A stretch of 33,004 nt of DNA from a virus (IMGVR_UViG_3300042997_000139:1-33004); one strand, 5' to 3'. Positions 15,317 through 25,168 are shown, numbered from the stretch's first letter. Notes: generated from the letters alone by a model not told the origin. Translations and numbers: made by a program.

Positions 15317-15537
15317 TTCCGCAAGGCGGCCTCAATGCCGTCCAGCTTTTCAAACACGCGCTTGAAATTCTCACGCAGCTCCTTGAATTCCCGGTCGTGG
15401 GCTTCTTTGTTCGCCTCGTGTACGGCGGAAAGAACAGCCAGCTTGGTGGCATGGTCCTGCTGCGTGCGGTACATCCAGAACACAAAAGCCGCAACCGGGG
15501 CGACGATCCACTGCATGATTGTGTCGATAACTTCCAT
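15313..15537 (-). CDS. Single-TM plus coiled-coil protein, holin-like
   Basis: WIVAPVAAFVFWMY TM; FEKLDGIEAALRK coil. Confidence 0.75.
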   Translation of the reverse strand: MEVIDTIMQWIVAPVAAFVFWMYRTQQDHATKLAVLSAVHEANKEAHDREFKELRENFKRVFEKLDGIEAALRK

Positions 15538-15538
15538 C

Positions 15539-15826
15539 TCAATACCGCCCTTCCCAGACACGCAAGTGCGCGTTGTCGCTGCTGTTCAACTCACGGGCCA
15601 CAACCTCACGCATGGCCGCCGCGTCGTTGGGATTGACACCCCACTTCTTCGCCCACTCAGCCCAGACTTTCATCGGCACTAAACCGACCAGCTTGCTTTC
15701 TCCGAAGCTGTCCGCCCCGGCGCTTTTTAGGGCTTTCGCTCGTTCCAGAACCGGGCTGAAGTCGTGCTTCTGCTGCACGATGATCTTCCCGTCCTCCTCG
15801 AACATTCTCTCCGCGATTTTCGACAT
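15539..15826 (-). CDS. Hypothetical protein downstream of capsid genes
   Basis: ATG 15826 with SD GAGGA. Confidence 0.8.
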   Translation of the reverse strand: MSKIAERMFEEDGKIIVQQKHDFSPVLERAKALKSAGADSFGESKLVGLVPMKVWAEWAKKWGVNPNDAAAMREVVARELNSSDNAHLRVWEGRY

Positions 15827-15965
15827 GGGCGTCCTCAAAGGTCAGATTAGGGTAGGCCAAACGCATAACATCCGCCACTTCCGGCGGCATCCGTAGGATT
15901 TGCCCGCGACGATAGCGGATGCCTCCCCGGAATATTCCCTCACATGTTACGCGATATTCTCTCAT
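15657..15965 (-). CDS. Hypothetical protein; C-terminal half overlaps the next gene
   Basis: YRVTCEGIFRGGIRYRRGQIL N-terminus fills an otherwise empty gap. Confidence 0.55.
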   Translation of the reverse strand: MREYRVTCEGIFRGGIRYRRGQILRMPPEVADVMRLAYPNLTFEDAHVENRGENVRGGREDHRAAEARLQPGSGTSESPKKRRGGQLRRKQAGRFSADESLG

Positions 15966-15968
15966 TGG

Positions 15969-16002
15969 GAAGAAGGGGCGAGCATAAACCCGCCCCTCTT
16001 TT
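15969..16002 (-). terminator. Stem-loop terminator after the decoration gene
   Basis: GGGGCGGGU-UUAU-GCUCGCCCC followed by UUCUU. Confidence 0.6.
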
Positions 16003-16004
16003 CG

Positions 16005-16448
16005 TTACGACACGGTGGCCGAGAACGGGGTCGCTTCGGTGCCGGATGCTTCCGACATAACCATAACGGCCCAAGTGTTGGCAGCGATGTCGTCACAGAC
16101 TACACGCCAACCCTTGAGGCCGCCTTTGGTCGAGCCGTCCATCGTGATCGTGTCCGAGGTATCGGCAGTGTAGAAGCACGAAGCGCCTGCACTGTCGTTG
16201 CCCAGATAGGCCACGCCCATCATGATGTCGGTGTTGTCGCCGACCTTGATGATCTGGCTGCCCGAGGCATCGACTGCGCCGATGAACTCGTAGCGGTTGC
16301 CCGAGCCGGTAGCTTCCGGCAGGGTTGCGGTCACACCGGCAGCGCGGTTGAAGATAACGCGCTGGCCAACGTGAGCCTCGTCGGTGATCGTTACAGTCGC
16401 AGTCGTGACAGTGACGATGCCGTAGTTCTCAAAGTAATTTGAGGGCAT
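16005..16448 (-). CDS. Putative head decoration/minor capsid protein
   Basis: Beta-rich 147 aa (ATLPEATGSG motif) directly after the MCP. Confidence 0.7.
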   Translation of the reverse strand: MPSNYFENYGIVTVTTATVTITDEAHVGQRVIFNRAAGVTATLPEATGSGNRYEFIGAVDASGSQIIKVGDNTDIMMGVAYLGNDSAGASCFYTADTSDTITMDGSTKGGLKGWRVVCDDIAANTWAVMVMSEASGTEATPFSATVS

Positions 16449-16474
16449 GGGATTTTCCTTCAGCCATGAGATGA

Positions 16475-16501
16475 GGAAAGGGGCGAGCCGAAGCCCGCCC
16501 C
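16475..16501 (-). terminator. Stem-loop terminator after the MCP
   Basis: GGGGCGGGC-UUCG-GCUCGCCCC-UUUCC. Confidence 0.75.
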
Positions 16502-16508
16502 ATCACGA

Positions 16509-17465
16509 TTACGAGGTGGTGTTGTCGTAGATGCCGCCCGACGACTTTTCGTTGCGGCAGACCAAGGTCAGTTCGGTGACAACCTGACGCTTCTCGTTGT
16601 CGCCGGTCTTGGCCAGTTCTTCGTTCTTGGTCGAACGCAGAACGCCAACAGCCCACATGTCGTCCTGCATGATGAACACGTCCCGAGCGCGGTTCTCGCG
16701 GGTCGGTTTGAATTCAACAGTGCCCCACGGGGTGACGTAGACGGCCATGTGCTTGATGACCTTCTCAGCTTCAGCCGTGATGTTCGAACGCTGGTTGTTG
16801 TTACCAGTGAAGCCCAGAGCGAGGTTCATCTGGAACGCCGACAGGTACACGCTGTCCGGCTTGCCGCCCGAGACCCAGATCGACTGCATAACAGCGTCGA
16901 ACTTGGTCTGCGAGAATGCAGTCGGGGTGCCGTCGTCGGTACGAGCGTTGGAGCCGTCGCCGGTCGGGTCTGCACCCGAAGAACCGGATTGGAAGTTGGT
17001 GTTAGTGGTCAGCCAAGAAGGAACGCCAGCCATGCGGCGTGCGGTCGTGCTGTCACCAGCAACTTTTGCTTGGTTAGCAAACATTGCCTTTTCGATGTCC
17101 AGCTTCTGCTCTTTGGCAATCTTCAGAACCTGATAGGCCATTTCGCGTGCGCGACCGGCTTTGTTCAGACCCTGATCGGTGCCGGGGATGACGACGCTGT
17201 TCTTGAAAATTTGCGTGCGGTTGTTCAAGCGAACAGTGGCCGAACGTGCCTCAGCGATGGTGTCGTCGCCTTCGATGTGAGCGTTATCGCCCGACGAACG
17301 CAGTGCGTCGGTCTGCCACTCGTGCAGCGTGTTGGTCGCTTTTGCCTTAGCGCAAGCGGTGTAGAAGGGGGTTTCTTCCGGCGAAATGTCGTAGATCACG
17401 TCGGAAAGGTCTTCGCGGATACCGCGAACGTCGTAGGAGTCGAGGGTGTTGGTTGGCTGTGCCAT
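16509..17465 (-). CDS. Major capsid protein (DUF5309-like)
   Basis: REDLSDVIYDISPEETPF, HEWQTDAL, ELAKTGD motifs; follows the scaffold. Confidence 0.93.
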   Translation of the reverse strand: MAQPTNTLDSYDVRGIREDLSDVIYDISPEETPFYTACAKAKATNTLHEWQTDALRSSGDNAHIEGDDTIAEARSATVRLNNRTQIFKNSVVIPGTDQGLNKAGRAREMAYQVLKIAKEQKLDIEKAMFANQAKVAGDSTTARRMAGVPSWLTTNTNFQSGSSGADPTGDGSNARTDDGTPTAFSQTKFDAVMQSIWVSGGKPDSVYLSAFQMNLALGFTGNNNQRSNITAEAEKVIKHMAVYVTPWGTVEFKPTRENRARDVFIMQDDMWAVGVLRSTKNEELAKTGDNEKRQVVTELTLVCRNEKSSGGIYDNTTS

Positions 17466-17484
17466 GATGTCGTCCTTTCAGGGT

Positions 17485-18450
17485 TTAACGGAAAAGAAGA
17501 TCAATAAAAGCCTCGGGCTTCCCTGATCTCTTTGCGGCCTTCATCTGTCGATCACGAACGATTTTCTCAGGTGCAGGCTTACGCGGCGTCGGCTTCACGT
17601 TGCGCGGGGGTTCGGGCTTTTTAGCCTGAGCCTTTACCGCTGAAAGCTGATTGTAGCGATAAGCGTCATACAAGACTTGCACGAGGCGAGCATCGACTGT
17701 GCTTGCCACTTCTTCAGCCGAAAGCCCGTACTTCGAAGCAAAGCCAACGAGGTTCGCCTTGAGTGCAGCCGCCTTTTCAGGGTTGGCAAACTCAGGGATG
17801 GCTTCAGTCAAACGGCGGGCCTGCTCTTGCAGTTCCACTTGACGAGCCTGCTCTTGAAGCGCCGACTGACGCTGTGCCTGATCGTGAAGTTGCCGTTGCT
17901 GCGCCTGAAACTCTTGCGCCTTGATTTCGTATTTCGCCTTCTCCTGCATATATCCGATGGGATCACTGTCCAGCATTCGAATATCAGGAGCCTGCGGGGC
18001 CTTCATAATCCCTTGCTGTTGCACATTTTCCAACGTCGCAAGAAACTGCTGTCGCTCGTTTTGAAGGGTGTAGTAGAGGTTTTCTGCTTCCTTACGGACA
18101 GCGGCGGCCTCCTGCATTCCCTTCTGGATGTAGGCATTTCCCGAATAGGACCGCTTTAGCTCATCGAGGGTGACCTGCGTTTCCTTGCCGTCAACTTTGA
18201 CAGAAAAGGTCGCTGGCGTCTCTTGAGCGTCGGTTTCTTCGCTTTCCTCATCCTCATCATCCTCGGTGTCAGGCTCTTCGCCGTCGTCCTCGGAATTGTC
18301 TGCGGCATCGGCCTCTTGGCCTTCATAATCCGCTTCAGTTTCGTCCTCGACTTCTTCCTGTGCCGCCGTTTCGGGTTGGGCTTTCGGTTCGTCGTTCATA
18401 GGAGCAAGCAGGCTATCAACAGCCGCTTCGAGTGTATCAGTCGTTTGCAC
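17485..18450 (-). CDS. Capsid scaffolding protein
   Basis: Acidic N-terminus, VKVDGKETQVTLDELKRSYS motif, coiled coils. Confidence 0.9.
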   Translation of the reverse strand: MQTTDTLEAAVDSLLAPMNDEPKAQPETAAQEEVEDETEADYEGQEADAADNSEDDGEEPDTEDDEDEESEETDAQETPATFSVKVDGKETQVTLDELKRSYSGNAYIQKGMQEAAAVRKEAENLYYTLQNERQQFLATLENVQQQGIMKAPQAPDIRMLDSDPIGYMQEKAKYEIKAQEFQAQQRQLHDQAQRQSALQEQARQVELQEQARRLTEAIPEFANPEKAAALKANLVGFASKYGLSAEEVASTVDARLVQVLYDAYRYNQLSAVKAQAKKPEPPRNVKPTPRKPAPEKIVRDRQMKAAKRSGKPEAFIDLLFR

Positions 18451-18685
18451 GGTCCCGATCCTGTTTTATCTCAACGGCCTCGGCGTCTAGTCGCGCTTGG
18501 AGGGCGTCGAGTATGAGTTGAACGGCGCGCACACTTTCGTGTGCCGCCGCGACCCTGTTTATATCACAGGTTGCGTCCAAAAACACCCCCACCGCATCAT
18601 TGCGGATTTCGCCAATCACGGCTTGGAAAACGTGATCGGCGAGGAGGGTTTTGGCTTCAGAAGCCCGCTGTTTGATTAGGGACAA
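18437..18685 (-). CDS. Small helical protein between portal and scaffold
   Basis: TTG start 18685 with SD GAGGA. Confidence 0.75.
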   Translation of the reverse strand: MSLIKQRASEAKTLLADHVFQAVIGEIRNDAVGVFLDATCDINRVAAAHESVRAVQLILDALQARLDAEAVEIKQDRDRAND

Positions 18686-20759
18686 ATGGCATCCTCGGCA
18701 TTTGCTGTTCACGCTTGATAGCATTCAGATCAAGCTGAACGCCGGTTTTAGCAAGAAGCTCGGCGGCCTTCAAAGCCAAGTCTTGAGCCATCTGGTCCCG
18801 CTTCAGGTCATCTTCCATTTGCAGGCGCTGTGCGTCAAGCTGCGTCTTGGCCATGTCAGCCTGCACGCGCGCCGACATCTTCATCTGTTCCGCCTGCAAG
18901 AAGGCCGCATTGGGGTCAGACGGCTGCTGCTGAGACGGATCGCCCTGCGCGGCCTGTGCAGCCTGCATCATCAGCATTTGCTCGGTCTGCGGGTTCATCG
19001 GGTTGTAATAGCGGTCGGCATTGTGAATGCCTGCCATGCCCAAGATGTCAGCCAGCGTGTTGCGGATGCCGGTCATAGTGACGATGCCGTTGGTCGGCCC
19101 GTAGGCTTGCCAGATTTGCATCTGCGTCTGCATGGTCATTTGCAGGGCAGCAATGCGATCCTCGCGGCGGTTGTTGCCCAAGCCGACGTTGGTGACCAAA
19201 TCCAGATCGTTAGTCCACGAACGCGGATCGACCGGGACAAACTGGCCGTCCAGCCGCATCATCTCGTTGGGGTTCGGGTTGGCGCGTGCGATCTGGGAGA
19301 TCAGGCGGAACATCTGCCGCATACCGCCTTCGGCCAGATTGCGGGCGATCAACTCAGAGACAGCCGATGCGGCTTGCACGGCGGCATTGACGCCAGCGGC
19401 AGTCTGGGATTGCAGCGCATCCGCATCCATGCCCATAGCCGCGCCCGTCACGCCCGTCTTGGCGCGGATCGACTCGTCGTAGAATTGCAGGGCTGGCAGG
19501 GCCGCTGATGCACCGCCGCCTATGGAAAACTCGCGCAGGGCGTTGATGTCCTTGACGCGCACCACGCCGCCGATCTCGTTATTGAGAAGGTCGTCCATGT
19601 TCACAAGGTTTTGAACGGCCATCACGCGGGGATTGTTGGCCATCGCCAAACCATCCAGCAGACCGCGCAGGAGCGACGTTGCCGCGTCCTGATCTTCAAT
19701 CACGATCTCGGCCAGTGAACGACCAAAGAAGGTGTGCGGCTCCGGGTCAACCTCGAAGATGGCGAACGGAATGTAGTCGCACAGTTCGTAGTCCAAGATT
19801 TCGTAATCGTTGCCAGCGCAGATGAACTTGTAAAGGCGCGGAACGCCCGTGCCTTCAATGTCCATCTTCATGTAGGCTTCGGTGAATTGGACCTTCCGCA
19901 TGGACGGATCGGCGGCGTTTTCATCGTCGTCGGTGTCGTCCCAGCCACGGCGGGCCATTTCTTCTTCGTCATCAACCGTGCCATCGGATGCGCCTGCGAG
20001 GTTGTAGACAGTCTCGAAGTCAAAGCCCATCGCCACCAGATCGCCAACGCGGGCTTCGCTGGTGTGGCCGCAGACGTAGCAGTCGTCCACGCTGACGGCC
20101 ATGCGGTCCACGAAGAAGTCCTCGGGGGCAACGCTCTGGATTTTGATCTGGCCCTTGGTGGACGTGCGGGCAACGCGCAGATTATAGCTGGCCATGCGCG
20201 GCTGGATTTCAATGCCCATCTCGTCAATCACGGCCTCGGCAATGATCGTTTCTTCCTGCGACAGAACTTCGCTTTCCGGGTCATTTTCGATAAAGGCAAG
20301 CTGCTCGGGCGTCAGGTCGCTGTATTCATCAATCTCAACGTGCTGCACCTCGTCGTAGTAAACCTTAGCCACGCCAACCTTTTTGATGAGCGCGTCGTGG
20401 AATACGTCCGACAGGATGCGGAAGCCGTTGTTCCGCTCAAAGACATACTTGGCGTATTTAGTTGCCTGATCGGCACCCATGACGGCTTGCGGGGTGTTCG
20501 GGATGAATTCCACCGGCTTGTCGGATTGCAGGAACACACGCATCAGCGCGGGCTTGATGGCCCGGATCGTGTCGCGCACCTTGGTCGCCACAACCCTCGA
20601 CCGGCCTTCCTCGAAGTCAACCGCAGACTTGCCGTCGAAATACTTCTGCGACTTGATGCGATCTGGCGCGACTTCGGTTTCCACGAAGTCCACGGCCTCG
20701 CGCACGGAGGTTGTGATGGTGTTCTGGATTTCGTCGTCCGTCAGGCGTTTCGGCTGCAT
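18657..20759 (-). CDS. Portal protein (podovirus/P22-like, long C-terminal helix)
   Basis: 700 aa; DALIKKVGVAKV and PHTFFGRS motifs; Q-rich C-terminus. Confidence 0.92.
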   Translation of the reverse strand: MQPKRLTDDEIQNTITTSVREAVDFVETEVAPDRIKSQKYFDGKSAVDFEEGRSRVVATKVRDTIRAIKPALMRVFLQSDKPVEFIPNTPQAVMGADQATKYAKYVFERNNGFRILSDVFHDALIKKVGVAKVYYDEVQHVEIDEYSDLTPEQLAFIENDPESEVLSQEETIIAEAVIDEMGIEIQPRMASYNLRVARTSTKGQIKIQSVAPEDFFVDRMAVSVDDCYVCGHTSEARVGDLVAMGFDFETVYNLAGASDGTVDDEEEMARRGWDDTDDDENAADPSMRKVQFTEAYMKMDIEGTGVPRLYKFICAGNDYEILDYELCDYIPFAIFEVDPEPHTFFGRSLAEIVIEDQDAATSLLRGLLDGLAMANNPRVMAVQNLVNMDDLLNNEIGGVVRVKDINALREFSIGGGASAALPALQFYDESIRAKTGVTGAAMGMDADALQSQTAAGVNAAVQAASAVSELIARNLAEGGMRQMFRLISQIARANPNPNEMMRLDGQFVPVDPRSWTNDLDLVTNVGLGNNRREDRIAALQMTMQTQMQIWQAYGPTNGIVTMTGIRNTLADILGMAGIHNADRYYNPMNPQTEQMLMMQAAQAAQGDPSQQQPSDPNAAFLQAEQMKMSARVQADMAKTQLDAQRLQMEDDLKRDQMAQDLALKAAELLAKTGVQLDLNAIKREQQMPRMPFVPNQTAGF

Positions 20760-20770
20760 CTGTGTCTCCG

Positions 20771-22528
20771 TTATTGTGAGAGAAGGCCGGGCAGGATGCG
20801 GGCCGCTTCAGTGATTGCGCCTCTAGGGTCGCGCAGCAATGCTTGCACCGGCGCAGAGCGCGTTGCAAGTTGGCTTAAAGCAGGGGCGAGCGCACCAGAG
20901 ATACCACCCAACGCACCACCCAAGACAGCCCCAGCCGGGCCAAGGCCAGCGCCAAGAGAGGCACCAACGCCAGCACTAGCACCAGCCGCACCGAACGCTG
21001 CTGGCAATGCTTCAGAGATAGTGCGACGACCACCCGACAAGACGGTTGGTGCCGGGCGCAATGTTGCGGCTGCCGAGCGAGTAAAGTCGGTCATGGGCGT
21101 CGTGCGACCAACGGCATAGTTTTCGCGGCCTTGGGCGCGGATCATCGACTGATTAAGCTGTGTCGGAGACAAAATGCCGCCCTCGGAAGCACCTCTGGTG
21201 GCAGCGTCACGAACTCCGATGAAGTTGCGGTATGCCTCCCGAGCCGTTGCAAGCGCGGCAATATCGTCGGCCCGCCCCGCAGTTGTCAGCGCCTGATCGG
21301 TCATGTCGTCAATCAAAGTCCGCAGGGAATGCGCCGCGTTTCTGGTAGCAGTGTCTGAGGAGACGGTAAAATCGCCAATGTCAGAGCGCCACTCCTTGAG
21401 ACGCGACAATGGAACATCTTTGCCGCTTGAAGCCAATGCCTTGATTTCGTTGGCAATCCCACGAATGCGAGGCGTCAGTTGACCTGCGGGAACGCGGTCA
21501 ATGTAATCCGTCGCCACCTTCACCGCAGCCTGAGCCTGCGTGCGAGTCGGGACGATGTTCACGCCGCTAACCGCGTCGTCCATTTGCTTGACAATTTCGC
21601 GCTGCGTTGCAGCAAGATTTGTCGGTGTTGCAATTTTTGCGTTGCTTCCAAGCTGGCGCATGGTGGCTGCTGTGAAGTCCGAAAGCTGCTTGTCGGTCGC
21701 CTCAAGACGACCCTCCATTCGCATCAAAGCCTGAGAGCCTGTGCCTTGCCCGGTCGTGACATCAACACCAGCTTCGCGCAGGACGTTTGCCATGCGGGCT
21801 GTCTCGCTGTCACCGACGAAGGCACCAGGGCGAGAGGCAAGCAATGATGTGCCAATTGCAGCACCTGCTCTGGCGTAAGGCTCAAGGGCAGTGCCTTCGG
21901 TTGCCTGACCTGCGGCTTCGCTGGCAACGCCGGGGGCCACACCGTAACGCAACATCGCACTTGGCCCACCAAGAGCGCCAGCGCCGCCCGCGAACTCTCC
22001 GGCTGTTGAGACGTATTCGCCAAGCAGGCCCGGAGCGACATAACGGCTTTCCGGCCCGATAACCGGGATAGACGCAAGCATCTCGCGGGTTTCTGGCAAC
22101 GCAGCAAGGCCACGGGACACCATAGAAGGTTGCTCCATGCCAAGAGCATATTCAACGCCAGTGGTTGCGAGTTGGGCAAGGTTTGCAGGGACGGCGGGAA
22201 CGTCGGCAATGCCGCGTGCAACCGCAGCGCCACCGCCTCGGATCAACTCACCCAGCCGTTCGCCGGGCGTGTCAACAGCGCCGCTGCCGATCACGTTTTC
22301 GTAGATCGTCTGGCCCAAAGTGCGCTCAGGCACCATCTGCGCCATAGCCTGCTCGTTGGCGGCTGCGGCTGCTTCTGCCGATCCGGGCCGCATTTCCAGA
22401 GTGCCAGCCCTTGCCGCGGCAATGCGGTCACGCATCATCAACTTACTGATAGCCTGACGCATTGTTGACTGATCGGTGCCTTCAGGGAATTCTAGAATGC
22501 GACCGTCGGGAAGTTCGATCTCAATCAT
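20771..22528 (-). CDS. Internal virion/DNA ejection protein
   Basis: IELPDGRILEFPEGT N-motif; Ala/Gly-rich helices; last gene of the ejection block. Confidence 0.75.
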   Translation of the reverse strand: MIEIELPDGRILEFPEGTDQSTMRQAISKLMMRDRIAAARAGTLEMRPGSAEAAAAANEQAMAQMVPERTLGQTIYENVIGSGAVDTPGERLGELIRGGGAAVARGIADVPAVPANLAQLATTGVEYALGMEQPSMVSRGLAALPETREMLASIPVIGPESRYVAPGLLGEYVSTAGEFAGGAGALGGPSAMLRYGVAPGVASEAAGQATEGTALEPYARAGAAIGTSLLASRPGAFVGDSETARMANVLREAGVDVTTGQGTGSQALMRMEGRLEATDKQLSDFTAATMRQLGSNAKIATPTNLAATQREIVKQMDDAVSGVNIVPTRTQAQAAVKVATDYIDRVPAGQLTPRIRGIANEIKALASSGKDVPLSRLKEWRSDIGDFTVSSDTATRNAAHSLRTLIDDMTDQALTTAGRADDIAALATAREAYRNFIGVRDAATRGASEGGILSPTQLNQSMIRAQGRENYAVGRTTPMTDFTRSAAATLRPAPTVLSGGRRTISEALPAAFGAAGASAGVGASLGAGLGPAGAVLGGALGGISGALAPALSQLATRSAPVQALLRDPRGAITEAARILPGLLSQ

Positions 22529-23568
22529 TCAAATTCTCCTGTTTCTTCATTGAAGCGCAGGCGGGTTGTCGTGCCAGTGTTTTGTGCCGCAGTGCCAGCA
22601 GCCGGGGCCTGAATGCGCGCGGCAGCCCGCTCACGTCCAATCTGAACAATGGCCTCATAATCAGCTAAAGCGTCAAGGAAGGCTGGTGTGCTGGTTGCGG
22701 TATCCATGCGGCTGATAGCACGCGTTGCAGTCTGACCTTCAGCGTTGGACAGAGAACCCATACCACGAAGCTGGTCAATAGCCGTCAAGAAGCCACCGCT
22801 AAGAAGCTGGTTGACGCGGTTTTGGACGTCGTATCCGGGCGTGCCGGGTACAATGTTCAAGGCTGACGATGCGCCAGTTGCAAGCTCAAGGCCCGGATCA
22901 GACCTAAGCTCAGAAATTAACCGCAAAGTTTCGTCTGCGGTGGCCACGTCAACTGGCGCAGCCGCCGTGGCCTCACCACGAGCAGCACCGATAGCCCGAG
23001 CCTCAGCGGCAAGACCAGAACCACGCGTAGCCATGAATTCCTCATAGCTACCGTCGCCACCCTCACTTTGCGGCTTAAAGCCAGCGGCACGCGCTTGCAG
23101 GTCCAATTGGACAAAGCCAGCAGGGATCAGGGCTTCTTGCTCCGGTCCTTTGTAGATGATGTTCCCAGTGATGGGGTCGACAATATCATTCCCAACAACG
23201 ACACCGCGCTCGGGGCCAGCCGCAGGCCGAATAGCTTCCGCCAGCACGGCTTGCGGAGACGCGCCCGCTTCAAGGGCAGCCGCCAAGTCATTACGCCCGC
23301 GTGACCGCAGCCAAGCGGCTGTGGCATTTTTTTGGGCTGCTGTCTCACGGCTTTCGATGCCTTGCTGCAACTGCCCAATCAGCGCCTGATTGGGGTTCAG
23401 CGTCATGCCCTCAAGGCCAATCGCGAGGCGGGCGCGTGCGTCACGACCCTGCGGCCCAAAGAAGCCACCGAGCAGCCCTTGGCGCTGCGGTGCGGCCTGT
23501 GCAGGCATCGGCATGGGAGTGTTCGCCCCGATACCAGCGCGCATCAAGTCTTCGCTTGTGATAGCCAT
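22525..23568 (-). CDS. Internal virion/DNA ejection protein
   Basis: Ala-rich; GMGSLSNAEG motif; position in the block. Confidence 0.75.
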   Translation of the reverse strand: MAITSEDLMRAGIGANTPMPMPAQAAPQRQGLLGGFFGPQGRDARARLAIGLEGMTLNPNQALIGQLQQGIESRETAAQKNATAAWLRSRGRNDLAAALEAGASPQAVLAEAIRPAAGPERGVVVGNDIVDPITGNIIYKGPEQEALIPAGFVQLDLQARAAGFKPQSEGGDGSYEEFMATRGSGLAAEARAIGAARGEATAAAPVDVATADETLRLISELRSDPGLELATGASSALNIVPGTPGYDVQNRVNQLLSGGFLTAIDQLRGMGSLSNAEGQTATRAISRMDTATSTPAFLDALADYEAIVQIGRERAAARIQAPAAGTAAQNTGTTTRLRFNEETGEFE

Positions 23569-24267
23569 TTAGCCCCCCAAAAGCCCGAAGAAACCACCAC
23601 GCGCCCTTGCGGCCTCGGCCAAGCGCGGGTCTTTCTTCTGCGTCAGAATATTGAACAGGTTTACGATAGGCGCGGCGTCCGCGTCCTGCGCGATGCCACG
23701 GCTGGCCGCCAAGCGAGACAGCACGCCCATGTCCTCAAACGGATCATCCATCTTGGCGGGCCGAAATGGCACGTCGTACATCGAAACGCCTGCGTTGCCA
23801 GTGGCTCTTGCCGAGACGGTCGGCCCCGGAATTGGTACCGCGTTCGGGTCAAACTTTCCGGCTATATTGGCTAATTTAGCACCATACTGCGGATCGGTCG
23901 CATAGCCAGACTTCGCCATCTCGGCGATCTGGTCCTCAATGCCAACAGCCGACAGCACGCCGCCGTAGCGCGGGTTGCTCAGAAGGAAGTCAGCGTAATC
24001 TTGGAACGATTGCTCAGGGCTTTCATAGCCGCGAAAAGACGCGGGCTGGCTGACCATGCGGCCATCTTCAAACTCAGAAGTTTGCAAAGTCTGCCCGCCC
24101 GAGCGGCCATGCGACTTGATGCCGAAATAGTTCATGCCGGGCGCGCTTTTGCCATACCCGGTTTCAAGCGCGGCCTGAGCCAAGACCAAGCGAGGGTCAA
24201 GGCCAGTGCGCTCAGAAACCTCCTGAGCGTAGGGAAGGAAGCGACCGTAGAACTCTTCTGGCGTCAT
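23569..24267 (-). CDS. Virion-associated GH73 (FlgJ-like) peptidoglycan hydrolase
   Basis: AQAALETGYG, NYFGIK, FRGY and GYATDPQY motifs. Confidence 0.9.
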   Translation of the reverse strand: MTPEEFYGRFLPYAQEVSERTGLDPRLVLAQAALETGYGKSAPGMNYFGIKSHGRSGGQTLQTSEFEDGRMVSQPASFRGYESPEQSFQDYADFLLSNPRYGGVLSAVGIEDQIAEMAKSGYATDPQYGAKLANIAGKFDPNAVPIPGPTVSARATGNAGVSMYDVPFRPAKMDDPFEDMGVLSRLAASRGIAQDADAAPIVNLFNILTQKKDPRLAEAARARGGFFGLLGG

Positions 24268-25166
24268 TACAGCGCCCCCAGACCCAGCGACAGATAGTTA
24301 AACAGGCCCGGACGCTGGGTCGTTGTCGAAGTCTGCTGACCCATATTGGTTGCGCCCAAAACGCCAAGGCGGGTGTTAAGAGACTGCGCTGGCGCACCTG
24401 TGAAGCCGCCATACTGTGCGCGCCCAGCGTCGATCAGTGCCTGATTAATGCCGCGCTGCGTTGCGCCTTGTTGCATCTGCTGTTGCATTATGCTCTGGCC
24501 CATATTGAAACCAGTGTTGGCAAGGTTGCCAAGCTGGCCAGAACCTGAAAGCCGCAGGTTTGCGCCTTGCAACCCAGCCTGCTGGTTCATGCCCTGAGCC
24601 TGTAGCCCGGTAGCCTGACCAAACTCCTGAGAGCGGGCAAACGCGCCCTGATTGGCCAAAGCCGCCTGAAGCTGATTGGCGATGTCCTGCTGGGACGCGC
24701 CCAAAGCAGTCTGGAAACCTTGTTGGCGAAGTTGTGCCGCAAGCTGGCCGCCCTGCTGGGCGAAGCCCTGATTGGTCAGTGCCTCCGCAACGCCTTGCCG
24801 CGAGCCGCCAAATGCGCCAGCCGCGCTGGCCTGCGCCCCAAGCTGGTTTTGCTGCATCAAACGCTGGCGCTCAAGGTCAGCCATCGACGTGTCAATGACC
24901 TGTTGAGTGTAGGGGTTCATGTAGGTCTCAATGCCGCCAACAGCCGACTGAGCCATTACATCCTGCGGGTCGTAGCCAAATGTCGTGCCGACACGCTCAG
25001 GCTGATATGCCATCGCGGATCGCGCGCCTGCCATAGCGTCGGTGAGGCCGCGCGATGCCTGTCCGAACACATTGGGTTGCGCGGGCGCGCGCATGGTAGG
25101 AGCCGGTCGCACGGAAGGCATCGGCGCAGGCGTCACAACTTGCTTAGGCTTGGATGAACCGCCCAT
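24267..25166 (-). CDS. Internal virion/ejection protein, Gln/Gly-rich
   Basis: YMNPYTQQVID...GAFGGSRQG motif. Confidence 0.78.
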   Translation of the reverse strand: MGGSSKPKQVVTPAPMPSVRPAPTMRAPAQPNVFGQASRGLTDAMAGARSAMAYQPERVGTTFGYDPQDVMAQSAVGGIETYMNPYTQQVIDTSMADLERQRLMQQNQLGAQASAAGAFGGSRQGVAEALTNQGFAQQGGQLAAQLRQQGFQTALGASQQDIANQLQAALANQGAFARSQEFGQATGLQAQGMNQQAGLQGANLRLSGSGQLGNLANTGFNMGQSIMQQQMQQGATQRGINQALIDAGRAQYGGFTGAPAQSLNTRLGVLGATNMGQQTSTTTQRPGLFNYLSLGLGAL

Positions 25167-25168
25167 GA

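Noticed and set aside
19734-21119. 461-aa plus-strand ORF and similar antisense ORFs across the late region
   Set aside because: Antisense to the portal and ejection genes; no recognisable domains.
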